Shown here one piece after another: positions 1-12,156 of a DNA stretch of 64,000 nucleotides. The stretch is from Tubulanus polymorphus (lineage: Eukaryota > Animalia > Nemertea), in assembly GCF_964204645.1 (NCBI RefSeq), contig NC_134035.1, forward strand, positions 12,742,451 to 12,806,450, written 5' to 3'. The notes under the pieces were generated by a model. The model was not told the origin of the DNA. It worked only from the letters and a program-made list of their open reading frames with translations, and searched no databases. How positions within the stretch are numbered: position 1 is the first letter of the stretch; every line of letters begins with the position of its first letter. A program made the position numbers and the translations under genes.

Positions 1-1131
1 CTCATCGGTGATAACTATGAGTCCCTCGTAAAGGTGTTTGACTACAGGGGGTAGGCCTTGGCTTCTCTAGCGCAAGTCCACTTCACTTGAATGACATGAC
101 CCTCAGCAGGATCAGAATGTTTTTTGTGAATTTGTTAACTCGACTTGACCTGAGGCAGTTCGACACGAAGTTCCACCCTTTGATTTTTTAGGTCGATCTT
201 ACCAAACTAAATTAAACGTATGTATATGTTCAAACACGGACTCCTTAACAACTGAATATGCGAAAAGATCATTTGAAACATACACGGCTGTCAATAAGTA
301 CACGTAATCGCAATTGACAATCATATGGCAAAGTTGTATTGTCATCGCTGTACGAAATACATTGAGAGGTTCGAATCCGAAATTTGTGAATATTTGCTTT
401 TCCGAAATATGATTATGTTTTCGAAATAGTAAGTCTATGAATGACTGTTTTGCTATTCATTTGATTCTCAATTTGGCTGTTTGTTTTTCGAACTAACCAT
501 AAGGAATGAACGTCGTGACATCAACAGGGACTGATTAGATTAGCATTATGGCAATAGGGAGTTCAGGACTTCATGTGCAGGTAGGCATGAAAATCCCTGA
601 TGCCTGTAGATTATCACTGCAAAGTCCCGAGAATAACTAAGTAGCGCAATAAACCGATTTTAGTATATTTTTCAAATGAGACTTTTCTAGTTTTTTCTAT
701 GAAATTTCAAACAATTTCTTATCAATATTTTTACTTCACATTATATTCCGCTGTTATTGATATTTGACAATTACTGATATCGTGCAGTTTTTAACACCGG
801 ATCAATTATGCTCTAGTAATTACCACCGATCGTACGACTTCCGGGTTCTGTCTGGAAACCAGGAAAAAATATACCCGACTCATCGATTATTTTGAGGATT
901 TTCATGCCATAAAAAAATTGATGAATTCAAAATACGTTTAGTAAGTGTTTTTTGCATAATCTATTTGTCGACATGAAATAATGCTAAACGGCATTTTTAC
1001 GAAGTGGCAGCTTACATACCCGGTACATATACGATATGACATGCACTGATCATGTAGACAGCGGGTGATCTACATATAAACATCGAGGCACTGTACAAAG
1101 AAGAGCCTTTTTCATTTACAGAATAAAGATA

Positions 1132-2939
1132 ATGGCAAGAAGTCGAATATGTCTCCATTACTCGGGTTTAACTACACTATTCCGTGCTCCAGTAAGTAAT
1201 ATTCCGTCAGATACGGGTAACAGATACGGGTATAAGTTTGTCTCTTTTTCTTTTCATCTTTCGGATCGTGGTTTCCCAGACACAAGTATTGATTGTCATT
1301 TAAACTCACGACGGATCACGCCGGTCTTTATTGTCGCCGGAATTGATTATGTTTGATTGAAAGTTACGTGTGAAATCCTTAATTGAAACTAGCAAACAAA
1401 GTGTTGTCTAGCTACAATCATTGAAGAATTGCCCTGGCAATCAAACTAACACAAACTTAATCTCCTCTTCACTAATTTCAAACAACTCTTCAATATTTCA
1501 TGAAATTTCACTGCATGCTAAGGATGGCGTTTGGTATTTTAGGAGCCAGACTAAGGGCCTTGTTAAAATTTCGCTTGAGCTGTTGGTTGAATATTATAGA
1601 ATATTTGTATTTGTAAATGTGAACGGCAGGATCGGTTTGAATTTTACTCGACTTGATGGCCACCTACTGACAATCCATAGTTCTTCTCCCCATGGCTTTA
1701 GATTTAATCGTTTGTGAATGTCAATTTTTCAATCGGGGCCATAAAATTGATATACACCCTTGACAGGTATCCAGCGTTAAATAGCCTAACCTCTTAAAAT
1801 CAATTTATATAGTATGGTAGCCAATTATATGTACCGGAAGTGTTGTCTAGCTACAATCATTGGCCCGAATTGCAAAATCATTCTCATGTCATTTCATAAT
1901 GTAATAAGTTTCATTATTGCCCCGGCAATCAAACTAACACAATCATTATAATTGCCGGCACGATCATGTTTTAATCGAATGCTTCATTATATTTTCGATT
2001 TCTTATATATATTCTCTTCGAATAGAATTTCCAATTGAAATTGACGGCGACGAGAAGTAAATCCGATTTGGCGAAGGTGATTACGACGAATATCAATAAA
2101 AACTTCGAATTGCGAAGTTTAGAATCGGCGAATGAAAAGAGTAGTAATAAACCGCTTGTGATTCTATTCGCGTGGCTCCTAGCGCGGAAGAAACACATTA
2201 AGAACTACTCCGATTATTACCTAGGCCGCGGTTTCGACGTCTTGAACGTTCGTATCAACCCGTTGCAAGTTCTGTGGCCGAAAACAGCTCAGAAAGTCGT
2301 CCATCAGATTCTGGACTACGTGCGCGAGGATCGCTTGAAAGACCGACCGATTTTGTCACACGGTTTCTCAGTGGGCGGTTACCTGTACGGCGAATACCTG
2401 GTCGAGATTACCAATCCCGAAAATCAGCACGCCGATATCTGTGATCGAATGATCGGGCAGATTTTCGACAGTCCCGTAGATTTCGAGGGAATTCCGAACG
2501 GATTTTCGAAAGCCGTCACGACCAATCCCGCCGTACGTCGAGCTCTTTATTCGGGCTTGAATTTCTACGTGAACACGTTTAAAACTCACATGAAACCGTA
2601 TCAGACGGCTTCGGTGGCGTTCAAGGAAAATCGTTTAGGTTTGAAAACGTTGATTCTTTACTCGAAAGCCGACGTTATCTGCAACGTGGAGACGATTGAA
2701 AAGACAATAGCCGACTGGAGGGTGAAGAATAGTTTTGAAATTATTGCGCAATTTGGGACAGGTCGCCGCACGTCAGTCACATGCATATGTACCGCGATGA
2801 ATATGTTAATCTACTGGATAATTACCTACTGAAAATCGGCATCCAACCCGATTATTCAACCGATGACGTCATCAAAGAAAAATCTCGACTGATCGACATC
2901 GATAAATCCGTTCGGAAAGAAGACCGCCTTAAACAATAA
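1132..2939 (+). CDS. TMEM53: TMEM53-like (DUF829) alpha/beta-hydrolase-fold protein; 2 coding exons, 1-nt frameshift near 2752
   Basis: Exon 1132-1191 (ATG...CCA|GTAAGT, phase 0) joins acceptor TAG|2026 in frame. Motifs: PLVILFAWLLA..KHI..Y...Y, HGFSVGG, IFDSP, LILYSKAD. The family C-terminal motif WDRSPHVSH...Y continues in another frame from 2754 to TAA 2937-2939. Confidence 0.85.
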
Positions 2940-5166
2940 GACACGAGGCATCGTGTAACAATAGATGTAAATCGTAACATATTGAAACAATGATATCTTT
3001 AACATTAAACAATGGCATTGAATTTATATTTTATTGTTGCTGATTGTGCTGAAGATGAAGAATTCACTTTGTAGTATATGTATATGATCTTAAGTACGGC
3101 CGCGCATTGCAAATCGCAAATGGCCGATATATTTTTTAGAAACTATTCTTCATTTTAATGCATATAATCTTTCACGTATCTGTTCGACATAAGGAAACTG
3201 TTCGGCAGATTTGATGATCTTATTTTCTTTTACTCTAGAATTAGATATTGTTTTCAAACTTAATGCTATATTTTTATCGCCTTTTGTGCCATAAAAAACA
3301 CGTTTATTTTTGAATGTATATTTTATGGATTAAATACACGCGTATTCATTTCACTTAGTCGGTTTCCGGTATTGGATATTCTAATAAAGACAGTCAAATC
3401 GATATGAAAATCGAATCTTGCGTTTATTTTCTGTTTTGCGTCGGTGATGCGATTCTCCCAATGATTCCTAATGGCCCTGGCCAAATCGTCTCCGTGTGAC
3501 CGCAGCTAATGTAGAACTAAGTTCGACCTGGAACAACCTTGAAGTCAGTCAGATTATTACCCGTGAAACTGGTGGCTAAAACCTAGATTTCTGGCATCGA
3601 TGTTGTAATCGAACTAACTTGAAAATCAGGCATTACCGAGAACTGCAATACCGGATCCTGGGTGCAAATATTCTGATAAAAAGAAAAGATATTGGATGTA
3701 ATTATACAATATTCGTTCATTCAATGTTCTCGAACTGTTGACGTCACTTCAGCTGTTGCTATACACCGGGGCTGTTGTCGCCTAGGACACCGTGTGGGGT
3801 TGTTTACGCGCGTACACGGAAACGATCTATACATAATTTACGCCACACGTACCGACCGACGACAAACTGACATCGAGGTTATTACAGTACCGTATAACAA
3901 AGGTAATCAATTCACGTCTTCTTATATATAATAACATCTCTGAAATAACTGATAAACATATCAAATACATCGCTTTCGTTGTAACGAATAGAAATTCTAA
4001 TTCTGGGTAGGAAAACTTCAATTTTAGCACTCTTCTAGTCGTTGCTATTTTTTCAATTCGTGTTGAGGTCTTTCTTCGTAAACTCAATACTATCGAGGTG
4101 TCTATGCATTCGGTCTATTCTGTCGCTCCGGAAAATGAAAAAAAAAACAACAAGAAACACGAAAAATGTAAAAATTTAAAAATGATTTAGATAATGTCGT
4201 AAGAAATTGTTTGAAATTATTTGAAATTGTTTCAAAAGATTATCATTTTTATTCAGTAACTGAGTTGAAACGTTCAAGATAATCTTATCGCTTTGCCTTG
4301 CTGTTGATCGTGGATTCTTCTCTTAATGCGCAGAATCAAAAAAGTCCATTTAGTGGCTTATTTAGTTTGGACCGGGACGCGCCCAGTTCGGGCGCGTTCG
4401 GGTCAATTAATAGGTTTATTTATATCGCTTAACGAACGTCGAACTGTTTATTGTTGGTCGATTTGAACGTAACGGTTCAGTGAACCACGTCAAGCGCTGT
4501 TGTTGACAGTTCAAAATTGTCCGTGCGCACTGTCATGGCAATGATGAAAACAATAATAATATCAATATGATAATTCGAACAGTATATGCGCATTATCATG
4601 AAGCTTTCGAATGAATAATTTGGACGTTCTTCGAGTGTTTCAGTATTAGGCCTATTTTGGAAACAGTGTTAACTCAGATCATCTTTCGTATGAATTCCGA
4701 TCAAATTGGAAATTTATTAATGTTTGACCATTAAAGCTTTATGGGTTTGGGTAGTTTGGAAACGGCGTCGTGATATCCAGTAAAGTTTGTTTGGGTGTGG
4801 CTCCTAATTGACGGTGCTACCGGAATGTATCACATATACCGATGCCTGTATAATGACCTCTGATTTCTGAATGCAATCTACAACCCGGTGATAAGTCGGG
4901 AAAGAAGGCTCGCACCCTTATCCTACATTGGGTTATTCTGATTTTCTCGTTCAGAAAAATGAACTGTGCTGATCTAAGGGTCGTTTATTTAAAAAGTATT
5001 GGGTCTGCCGTATATCAAACTTTGGCCTTGTATTCAGTTTGCCTTATACCAATTTCCATAATCAAGAGTTCGTTGTTTAGATTGTAAACCAATGAATTTA
5101 ACTAGGACAATAATAAACACGTTTATCGTTTTTGTAGTTATTTCCAAATTCAAGTTTTCATCCACG

Positions 5167-5904
5167 ATGCAAGCGAAAGGAAACGAAGTCTACCCGGGAG
5201 GGCCGCCACCACCACCACCCCCGGCCTACTCGGCATATCCGCCTACGAACCCGGCCTACCCGCCCGTGAATCCGGCCTACCCGCCCGCGAATAACGTGCA
5301 GGTCATCACAGCAGGACCGAACGGTCAGATACAATACGCGGGACCCGACGGAAGAGTGCAATACGTGAACGTTCAGCCGGGACAAGTGACGGTAGGAGGA
5401 CAACCAAACGTTATCTACGTACAGCAACAACAGAGACCTACTGTGAGAAAAGAAGCACGGCGTAAAGCACTGTGCGGTATGGGAGTGGTTTTGTTAATCT
5501 GCGGTTTAGCCACTTTGATCATCAATATCGTCCAGCAAGCGGAATGGAAATGGACGGGCGCGTTTACCGGTTACTGGGCCGGACTGTTTCTTGTTGTTGA
5601 CGGTGTTATAGGTATATCGGTTTACACTGGTCGCGGCTGTAAAAACCAAGGCGCCATCGTAGCCCTGATGGTCGTTTCGATTCTTACCGCTATCGTGACG
5701 GGAATAGCCGCCAGCGTGGGCGGATCCTCGGCTACTTTAGCCATGGTACTGATGAGAATCTATGGCGATTACTTCATGCCGTCCTATGTCACTGCGCTGG
5801 TGAAGATTTTCCTGTTTACGATTGGATTTATCGTGTCGATTGTCGAGGCTTCGTTTTGCTGTAGTTGCTGTTACAGACCTATTGACGAGGAGCGGGAACG
5901 TTGA
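5167..5904 (+). CDS. MS4A/CD20-like four-pass membrane protein with Pro/Tyr/Gln-rich N-terminus; single coding exon
   Basis: ATG at 5167 follows an acceptor (tttttgtag, ~5138). AYPP repeats, then four hydrophobic segments, a GYWAGLFLVVDGVIG motif like the CD20-family FW.G motif, and a CCSCC tail. Confidence 0.7.
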   Translation: MQAKGNEVYPGGPPPPPPPAYSAYPPTNPAYPPVNPAYPPANNVQVITAGPNGQIQYAGPDGRVQYVNVQPGQVTVGGQPNVIYVQQQQRPTVRKEARRKALCGMGVVLLICGLATLIINIVQQAEWKWTGAFTGYWAGLFLVVDGVIGISVYTGRGCKNQGAIVALMVVSILTAIVTGIAASVGGSSATLAMVLMRIYGDYFMPSYVTALVKIFLFTIGFIVSIVEASFCCSCCYRPIDEERER

Positions 5905-7023
5905 ATGTTTGTTCAAAGTAATCGACTTTCATGACAGGGAAAAAGAAGCATTAAATGTGATATAAAAACAATAATTGTTTCATCGACGATGTTTTAGTTT
6001 TGTAAACTGTATATTAAAATATCACGAGTGATAAGGGGAGGGGAGGTACGAGAGGGGGGGGGGGGCGCAACGTACTTATATACACCTCAATCTGGGGCAG
6101 CTCAAAAACCACCCATGTCAGAAATTCACTATTTTGAAATATCGCGCTGTCACCATTTGATAAAACTGTCAGGTTTCACGTGTTTGTAAGTTCATTTTCA
6201 CCAAGAGAAAAGGTCTCAGGTAAAGTACAGAGATCTGTTGAATATATGTAAATACATGAACATGTCTTTTATACTAGATTCATATTTTCCCCCGATATTT
6301 TTGAAGTAATACTGACCACCTGACGCTATACTCGCTATATCATCAAAACGGTATATTTAAGTCATTCTTGTTTTTGTGTTCCTTATAAAGTATTTCTTTT
6401 TGTATCTATATAAATCAAGATTTGTTTTCGTCTCCGGGATTTTATTATGTAGTTCAGTATATCGTAAATTATGTACTTTCTCTTGCAGAAAGTATATAGA
6501 GAAATAAACGTAAGTTTCTGTTAATTGAAATAATCTTTCTGTTTCTTGATATATCCAATCTGGACTGTAAAACGTTCCCAGCATAGACCTGACCAAATTC
6601 ACTGGATATAGAATCACCACAACACGATGAACAGACGAAATCTTATCCAATTCGAATTCAAAACAATTCGATCGAGTACAGTACATAAAGACAATTATGA
6701 TAAATGTTATATATAACATGTGAGCACATAGTTAATAGGGGATTACGAGTTATTTAGAATTAGAATTCTACCAGAAAGAATACACGGACTAGGTAGTTCG
6801 GTTATTGCAGCCAGTTTGCATTAGTGATTCGCAGTTAAATTGGTATCGGTTCGTACAAGAGATCTGATGCTGTCTAAGATACTTCGTTTTAAACCGATCA
6901 CGTGGTTATCGTGGTTAACATCGAGCGATGCGGGTGATATAAATCGAATGATTTCTACGAGGAATTTGAATGCATCATGATCAAATTCCTCAAAGAAATC
7001 ACCGTTGTCGCGCTGTTGCGTGT

Positions 7024-9083
7024 TTAGTAGCGCTCGGTCGCTGTTCCGTCCTGCAGCGTCACCGACGATGACGTAACTCCGTAGTTGGTTGAATCACCGC
7101 TAGGTGGCTGTTCCGATGACTGCGAATCGCTTACGACGTCCGGAAATTGTTGCAGATTCATCACCTCGTTGTATGATGGCGGTGGAGGTTCTGATGCATC
7201 CGTAGATGAATTATGCGTCAGCGCATTGATCTTGCAGGTCATGGCCGACGCGTTGCACGGGTGTGCGCAGTGCAACCAGTCCGGAGCCTCGTCCGGTTGC
7301 GGGCCGTATACCCCACCAGGTGCGAATAAATTTGCATACGTAAATGAGGACGGAGTCTGTTCTATTTCTTCTTGTTCGTTTGTATGTGCGTCTCGTCGAT
7401 TCAATCGCTCTGAAGATAATTGAGAATGTCGATTAAAATCAAAATGATGGTGGAATCTACGCCTAGTGACAGCGTCTCAATATTCAAATCTTCATAAAAA
7501 TACCACATTTCTATTGATATTGAGGTTCGACCTTTGAATTTGAGGAAATGTATTGCGTACAATATTCCAGAGTTTTTGAGCTACTTCTTGAGCTGCTTAT
7601 TAATGAGTTTACTCTCTAAATCATATACTTGTTATAATTGTGTTATGTATCACCGGATGGCGTATCTCTATTATTACTGGTGGTCCCCGGCATCTGTGAA
7701 TATTCTTATCTATGTTCCACATTTGAAATAATGAACACGAAACGCCTAGTTGTAAGTTAAAGTTAACTGTTGAGTTGAAATAAGTTAATTTTCAATGAGT
7801 GAAATCTTAAATTTAGAAGTATGGAACTGAGTCCTGGGGCCGGTTCCACAGTCATAACTTAATACTAAAAGAGGTCTTAAATCTTAAGACTGGCCTTAAG
7901 TTGTTAGATTGGTTATAGAACTAAGCTGGTCTTAGAAAAGTCTTAAGTCTAAGCCATGACCATGCAACGGGTCTCTGAATCTTTACAACCCTCGATATCG
8001 GTAATGTGTATGTTATAAACGATAGAATCATTGATATCATAGATAACGTAGTCTTAGGCCGCGCAAAGCAAATAGATGGTTTCATTTTGTATTACCTCGT
8101 TGAGCAAGTCTTTGACGTCGTCTATGAGTGCGAATCAGTACAACTACTACACAAACTATGATCACAACAGACGACACTCCGGCCGAAATAGGTATTTTCA
8201 AAGGATTGCTATGATCGTTCTTGTCTATGTCGCCGCTAAAATAGAATTTTTGAAACACATAAAAATCCGTTGGGTAGACATTAGTTTTGTTTTTTAGTTG
8301 ATTGGGTGCCAGTAACTTACCACGAGTCCGGGTCGAAGTCAAGATTTTGATAAAGGTTGATCAAGTGGCGAGTTTTGCAGCAATATTTTGAATTGCTAGA
8401 ACCACAGCAAAACCACTCGCACTCGAAACCATTTATTAAACGTCCCTGCTTACAATACGTGCGGCAGTGTTTATGTTTGATATCGGCCGGACATTTCACT
8501 ACACCTGAAATACAAAATAGGATATATACACGCACCCTTTATCAAAACCTTTTATCTTCTGAATATTCTAAAGCGAGTTATCTTTTTTTAGTTACCTCTT
8601 TTGTTTATTTGTTTTGACACTTCAAAGGTTTTGTTCGAGCAACAAACCCTATGTGGTCCGTAATTGCAGCAGTGTTTTTGCCGAGGGCAGTACCGGGTTT
8701 TTTCGAATTTTTGAGTTAACGGGTGACAATACGAATAACACGCTGAAATATTCAGTATATAAACATATGTAGCTTGTCTTATCCGAACTGTCGCCTGCAT
8801 TAATTCCCCTATCACATCATCACTAACCTGGATCACCTTTTCGTAACGTCAAAAACTATTTATGAAAACTATTTTGGGCTGGCTCCACAGTAATTCAATG
8901 ATGTCATAGGGTGATACAGAAGGATACAGCAATTTTTAAGGGGTCATTTTTACGTTCTAAATTTTCACACATTGTATACTATATCGATCACTCAATTTCA
9001 AACTTACGGTTTTGAATCGTTGCATCCGGCAGAAAGAAGAAAATCGCGGTCACAGCAACTACGGTTAATGACGGGTAGTTCAT
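7024..9083 (-). CDS. Shisa/WBP1-like type-I membrane protein (signal peptide, two Cys-rich modules, TM, PPxY tail)
   Basis: Exons 9083-9008, 8742-8596, 8504-8321, 8235-8096, 7409-7024 join in frame through GT-AG introns (phases 1,1,2,1). Features: MNYPSLTVVAVTAIFFFL signal; C..YC...C....CC.......CC twice; TM VSSVVIIVCVVVVLI followed by RTHRRR; PPPPSYNEV. Confidence 0.75.
7836..7975. mobile_element. MITE of the GGGGCCGGTTGCACAGTC-TIR family (Harbinger-like), degenerate
   Basis: Left end ggggccggttccacagtca; internal cttaagac/gtcttaag motifs shared with 10302-10675. Confidence 0.5.
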
Positions 9084-10301
9084 TTTCGTGTAACTTATGG
9101 CATCAATAAAGTTTCTACTTAAGTGTTCCAAAATGTCGGTTAATCCTTGACCATCGGCAATGAATTACCAATTACCGATCTTAAGGATCTCGTAATATCA
9201 AGTATCACTATATATTTTCTCGAAAGCTGACAGTCCTTCAACACAGTTTATGAACTATTACCGTTTATTGCGACGATAACCACCTAAATACCAGTCTTTC
9301 TATTATATTCATTCATTGTATAGATAGCCTTCCATATAGATCATTTTTCACAGTGAATATTGTTCCTTCAAAAACAAAATCAAGGGAATTCCTATGGTTA
9401 TATATACAGGGGACATTCAAACACGCGACTTTAATGAAATAAGGTCATCTTTACAATATATTGTTGAAACCAACTATATCCAACTATATACATGATTTAT
9501 GATATGAAAATGATATATTCATCAAGGATTAAAATCAAAAGACACGACCTTTCGAATTCTTGATAAAGAAGAATTGATTTTAATCTTATAAATTCTTTAT
9601 ATGTAGGGTTTTAAACTTATCATATGAAATTAAACTTACAAAATATTATCATACGTACGTTCAAAAATTGCTATCAGCGGAGTCCGAACAAATTAATTCA
9701 CGCGATTTGATATGATGAACGAAACCGAGCTGGCCGGCATTAAACCTACAGTCAAATCGAGACGATGATAGGAAAGGTTTAAACTAAATGTTACTGAACC
9801 CTAGAAACTGCTAGTTCATCTCCATAATGATTACGGAGGAAACATCGAAATGAGAATCACGAAGAATTAGTTACTCAGTTGAATATACGCGATCAATAAT
9901 CTTATGTTCTAGTTGTTCTTCAAATTTTTCAAGATCAACTAATACTATTATATTAGCTAACACTATAGCATTCATAAAACAGCCCTTTTTCAGGTTTTCA
10001 TGTATGATCTATATAAATCATACCTGTATAGGTGTTTATTGCGTCGAATACCGATCGAATAACCAGTTCCTGTTAAACCGACTTTCAGATGGAATTGTTC
10101 TCGAATGAGGGGAATTTCCCTGAATTTCATTGGGGCCTATAAAACTCGCCCTGCATTTACAACCCGCAACAGCAGTTTTAGTTCTTTGTGACTACGAGAA
10201 ATTGCGCTTTAACTACACTAGGGGTCCATGCCTACTTCGGAAGCGATTTGAAAAGCTAAACGATCTTTCAGCATACGTTGGGTTTGTTTTCTTAAAAACC
10301 A

Positions 10302-10675
10302 GGGGCCGGTCGCATAGTCACGTCTTGGTCTTAGACCAGTCTAAGACCAACTTAGTTCTATTGCCAATCTAACAACTTAAGTCCAGTCTAAGCTCATTTT
10401 GGTTCTATAACCAATCTAACAACTTAAGACCAGTCTTAGCTCATTGTGGTTCTATAGACAATCTAACAACTTAAGACCAGTCTAAGCTCATTTTGGTTCT
10501 ATAGCCAATCTAACAACTTCAGACCAGTCTAAGCTCATTTTGGTTCTATAGCCAACCTAACAACTTAAGACCAGTCTAAGTTCATTTTGGTTCTATGATC
10601 AATCTTACAACTAAAGACCAGTCTTAAGATTTAAGACCGCTTTTAGACTTAAGTCACGACTGTGCAACCGGCCCC
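10302..10675. mobile_element. MITE with TIRs and an internal ~46-bp tandem repeat
   Basis: ggggccggtcgcatagtc...gactgtgcaaccggcccc inverted ends; repeated unit ccaatctaacaacttaagaccagtctaagctcattttggttctata. Confidence 0.75.
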
Positions 10676-10679
10676 ATCA

Positions 10680-10819
10680 GGGCCTGGTTGTACAGTCGTG
10701 ACGTACGTCAAACTGCCGTTTAATCATTCAGACTAGTGATAAGTTATTAGATCAGCTAGGACTAAGATGACCTCAGACTGGTCTCAAATCTAAGTCACGA
10801 CTGCACAACACTGGGCCCC
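10680..10819. mobile_element. MITE of the same family, adjacent copy
   Basis: gggcctggttgtacagtcgtgac...gtcacgactgcacaacactgggccc inverted ends. Confidence 0.6.
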
Positions 10820-11800
10820 GGTGTTTGAGCCGGATTAAACTCACGTAACTGTGTGGCGTATAGTGAAATACCCGGTAGACACAACCATAACTAAAACAAC
10901 GCTTTTTATACAAACAAATATCTTCATTTATTACATAAAAACTAAAAGGAATGCCGTATATTAAAGATACAATGTATAATCAGTAACTTACTGATGTTAT
11001 ATATAACAATCTTAAAATCTATACTTGTTGCACACATATCGTTCCTGTATTTTGTTTTAACAAAAATCAAATGTACATGTACTGTATACGTAATGTACAC
11101 GTGGGCTCATCATTTCAGACCAGAAACAACGTCTAATTGGATCATGTGAATCATTTACCTCATGATTAATTTTTGGATTTGGACCCATTGCCACACGATT
11201 CAAGAGTTTGCATTAGAAGTAAGAATCTATATAACTGAGTCCTGTCTCATTCATGACTTCTCTGATATTCTAAGGGCAATAACAAAACGATGTCAAATAA
11301 TACCTATATATAAAACAAGCACATGAGTTCCACATTACGCAGGATTTAAATGTGAAATATATTATTTATACAGGATATCAAAGTATAAACATTTGTTTTT
11401 TTATTCACAAAAATTTAGTCGGTTCTGACCGAAAAATGACCATAGTAGAAATCATGCAACTCAAGCTTGTCTCCTCAACACGAGTTAAGATTACATCGTC
11501 ATCGCTTGCCAGGGTTTGATTGCCTCTAGCTGAAGCTCACGCCAACACAAACCCTGGCCGCAAACCCTACAATATTGGTCTATACCTACGTTTTTAAACC
11601 CAATCGAATATTAACTCCAGACTCAGTTGCACAGATCTCGGTTGAATCGAATCTGAACTTGAGATCTGTGGAACTGCGTTCAAATATGTACAGCAAACGG
11701 GCTTATCTTACAGATAAATCTTAAGCGATATTGCACTTATTCCTGCGCTACAAGAAGGTGGGATCGATGCATAGGTTTGATTGTAGAAGGTTTTTTTAGT

Positions 11801-12118
11801 TTAGATTATTTCCATATGGACAAATAGATAAGCGTCTTTACACAGTTCACCATTTTCTTTCAGTAACGGAACATGACGATACCCTGAAAAAACGAATGGA
11901 AATAGAAACAAGTTGTCGCTTTCACAATGAACTGAATACGGTATTCTACAATGATACGCCTACGAATAATCATCTCAAATTGAGATAAACCAACCACCAG
12001 GTGGCGCAATGGGTTTTCAGTAGTAGAAAACCCAACGGTCCAATTAGCTAAATTCATTAAAACCGGCTTAGATGTATATATATATCCCTCCAATAGTATA
12101 TATAGTATTGTAAATAGT

Positions 12119-12156
<38 letters not shown>

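Noticed and set aside
1-210. Possible coding or transposon relic at the window edge
   Set aside because: All three minus-strand frames contain stops and no motif is recognisable.
2746-2760. Programmed -1 frameshift in the TMEM53-like gene
   Set aside because: TTTGGGA is not in the X XXY YYZ register and GGG is atypical; an indel is simpler.
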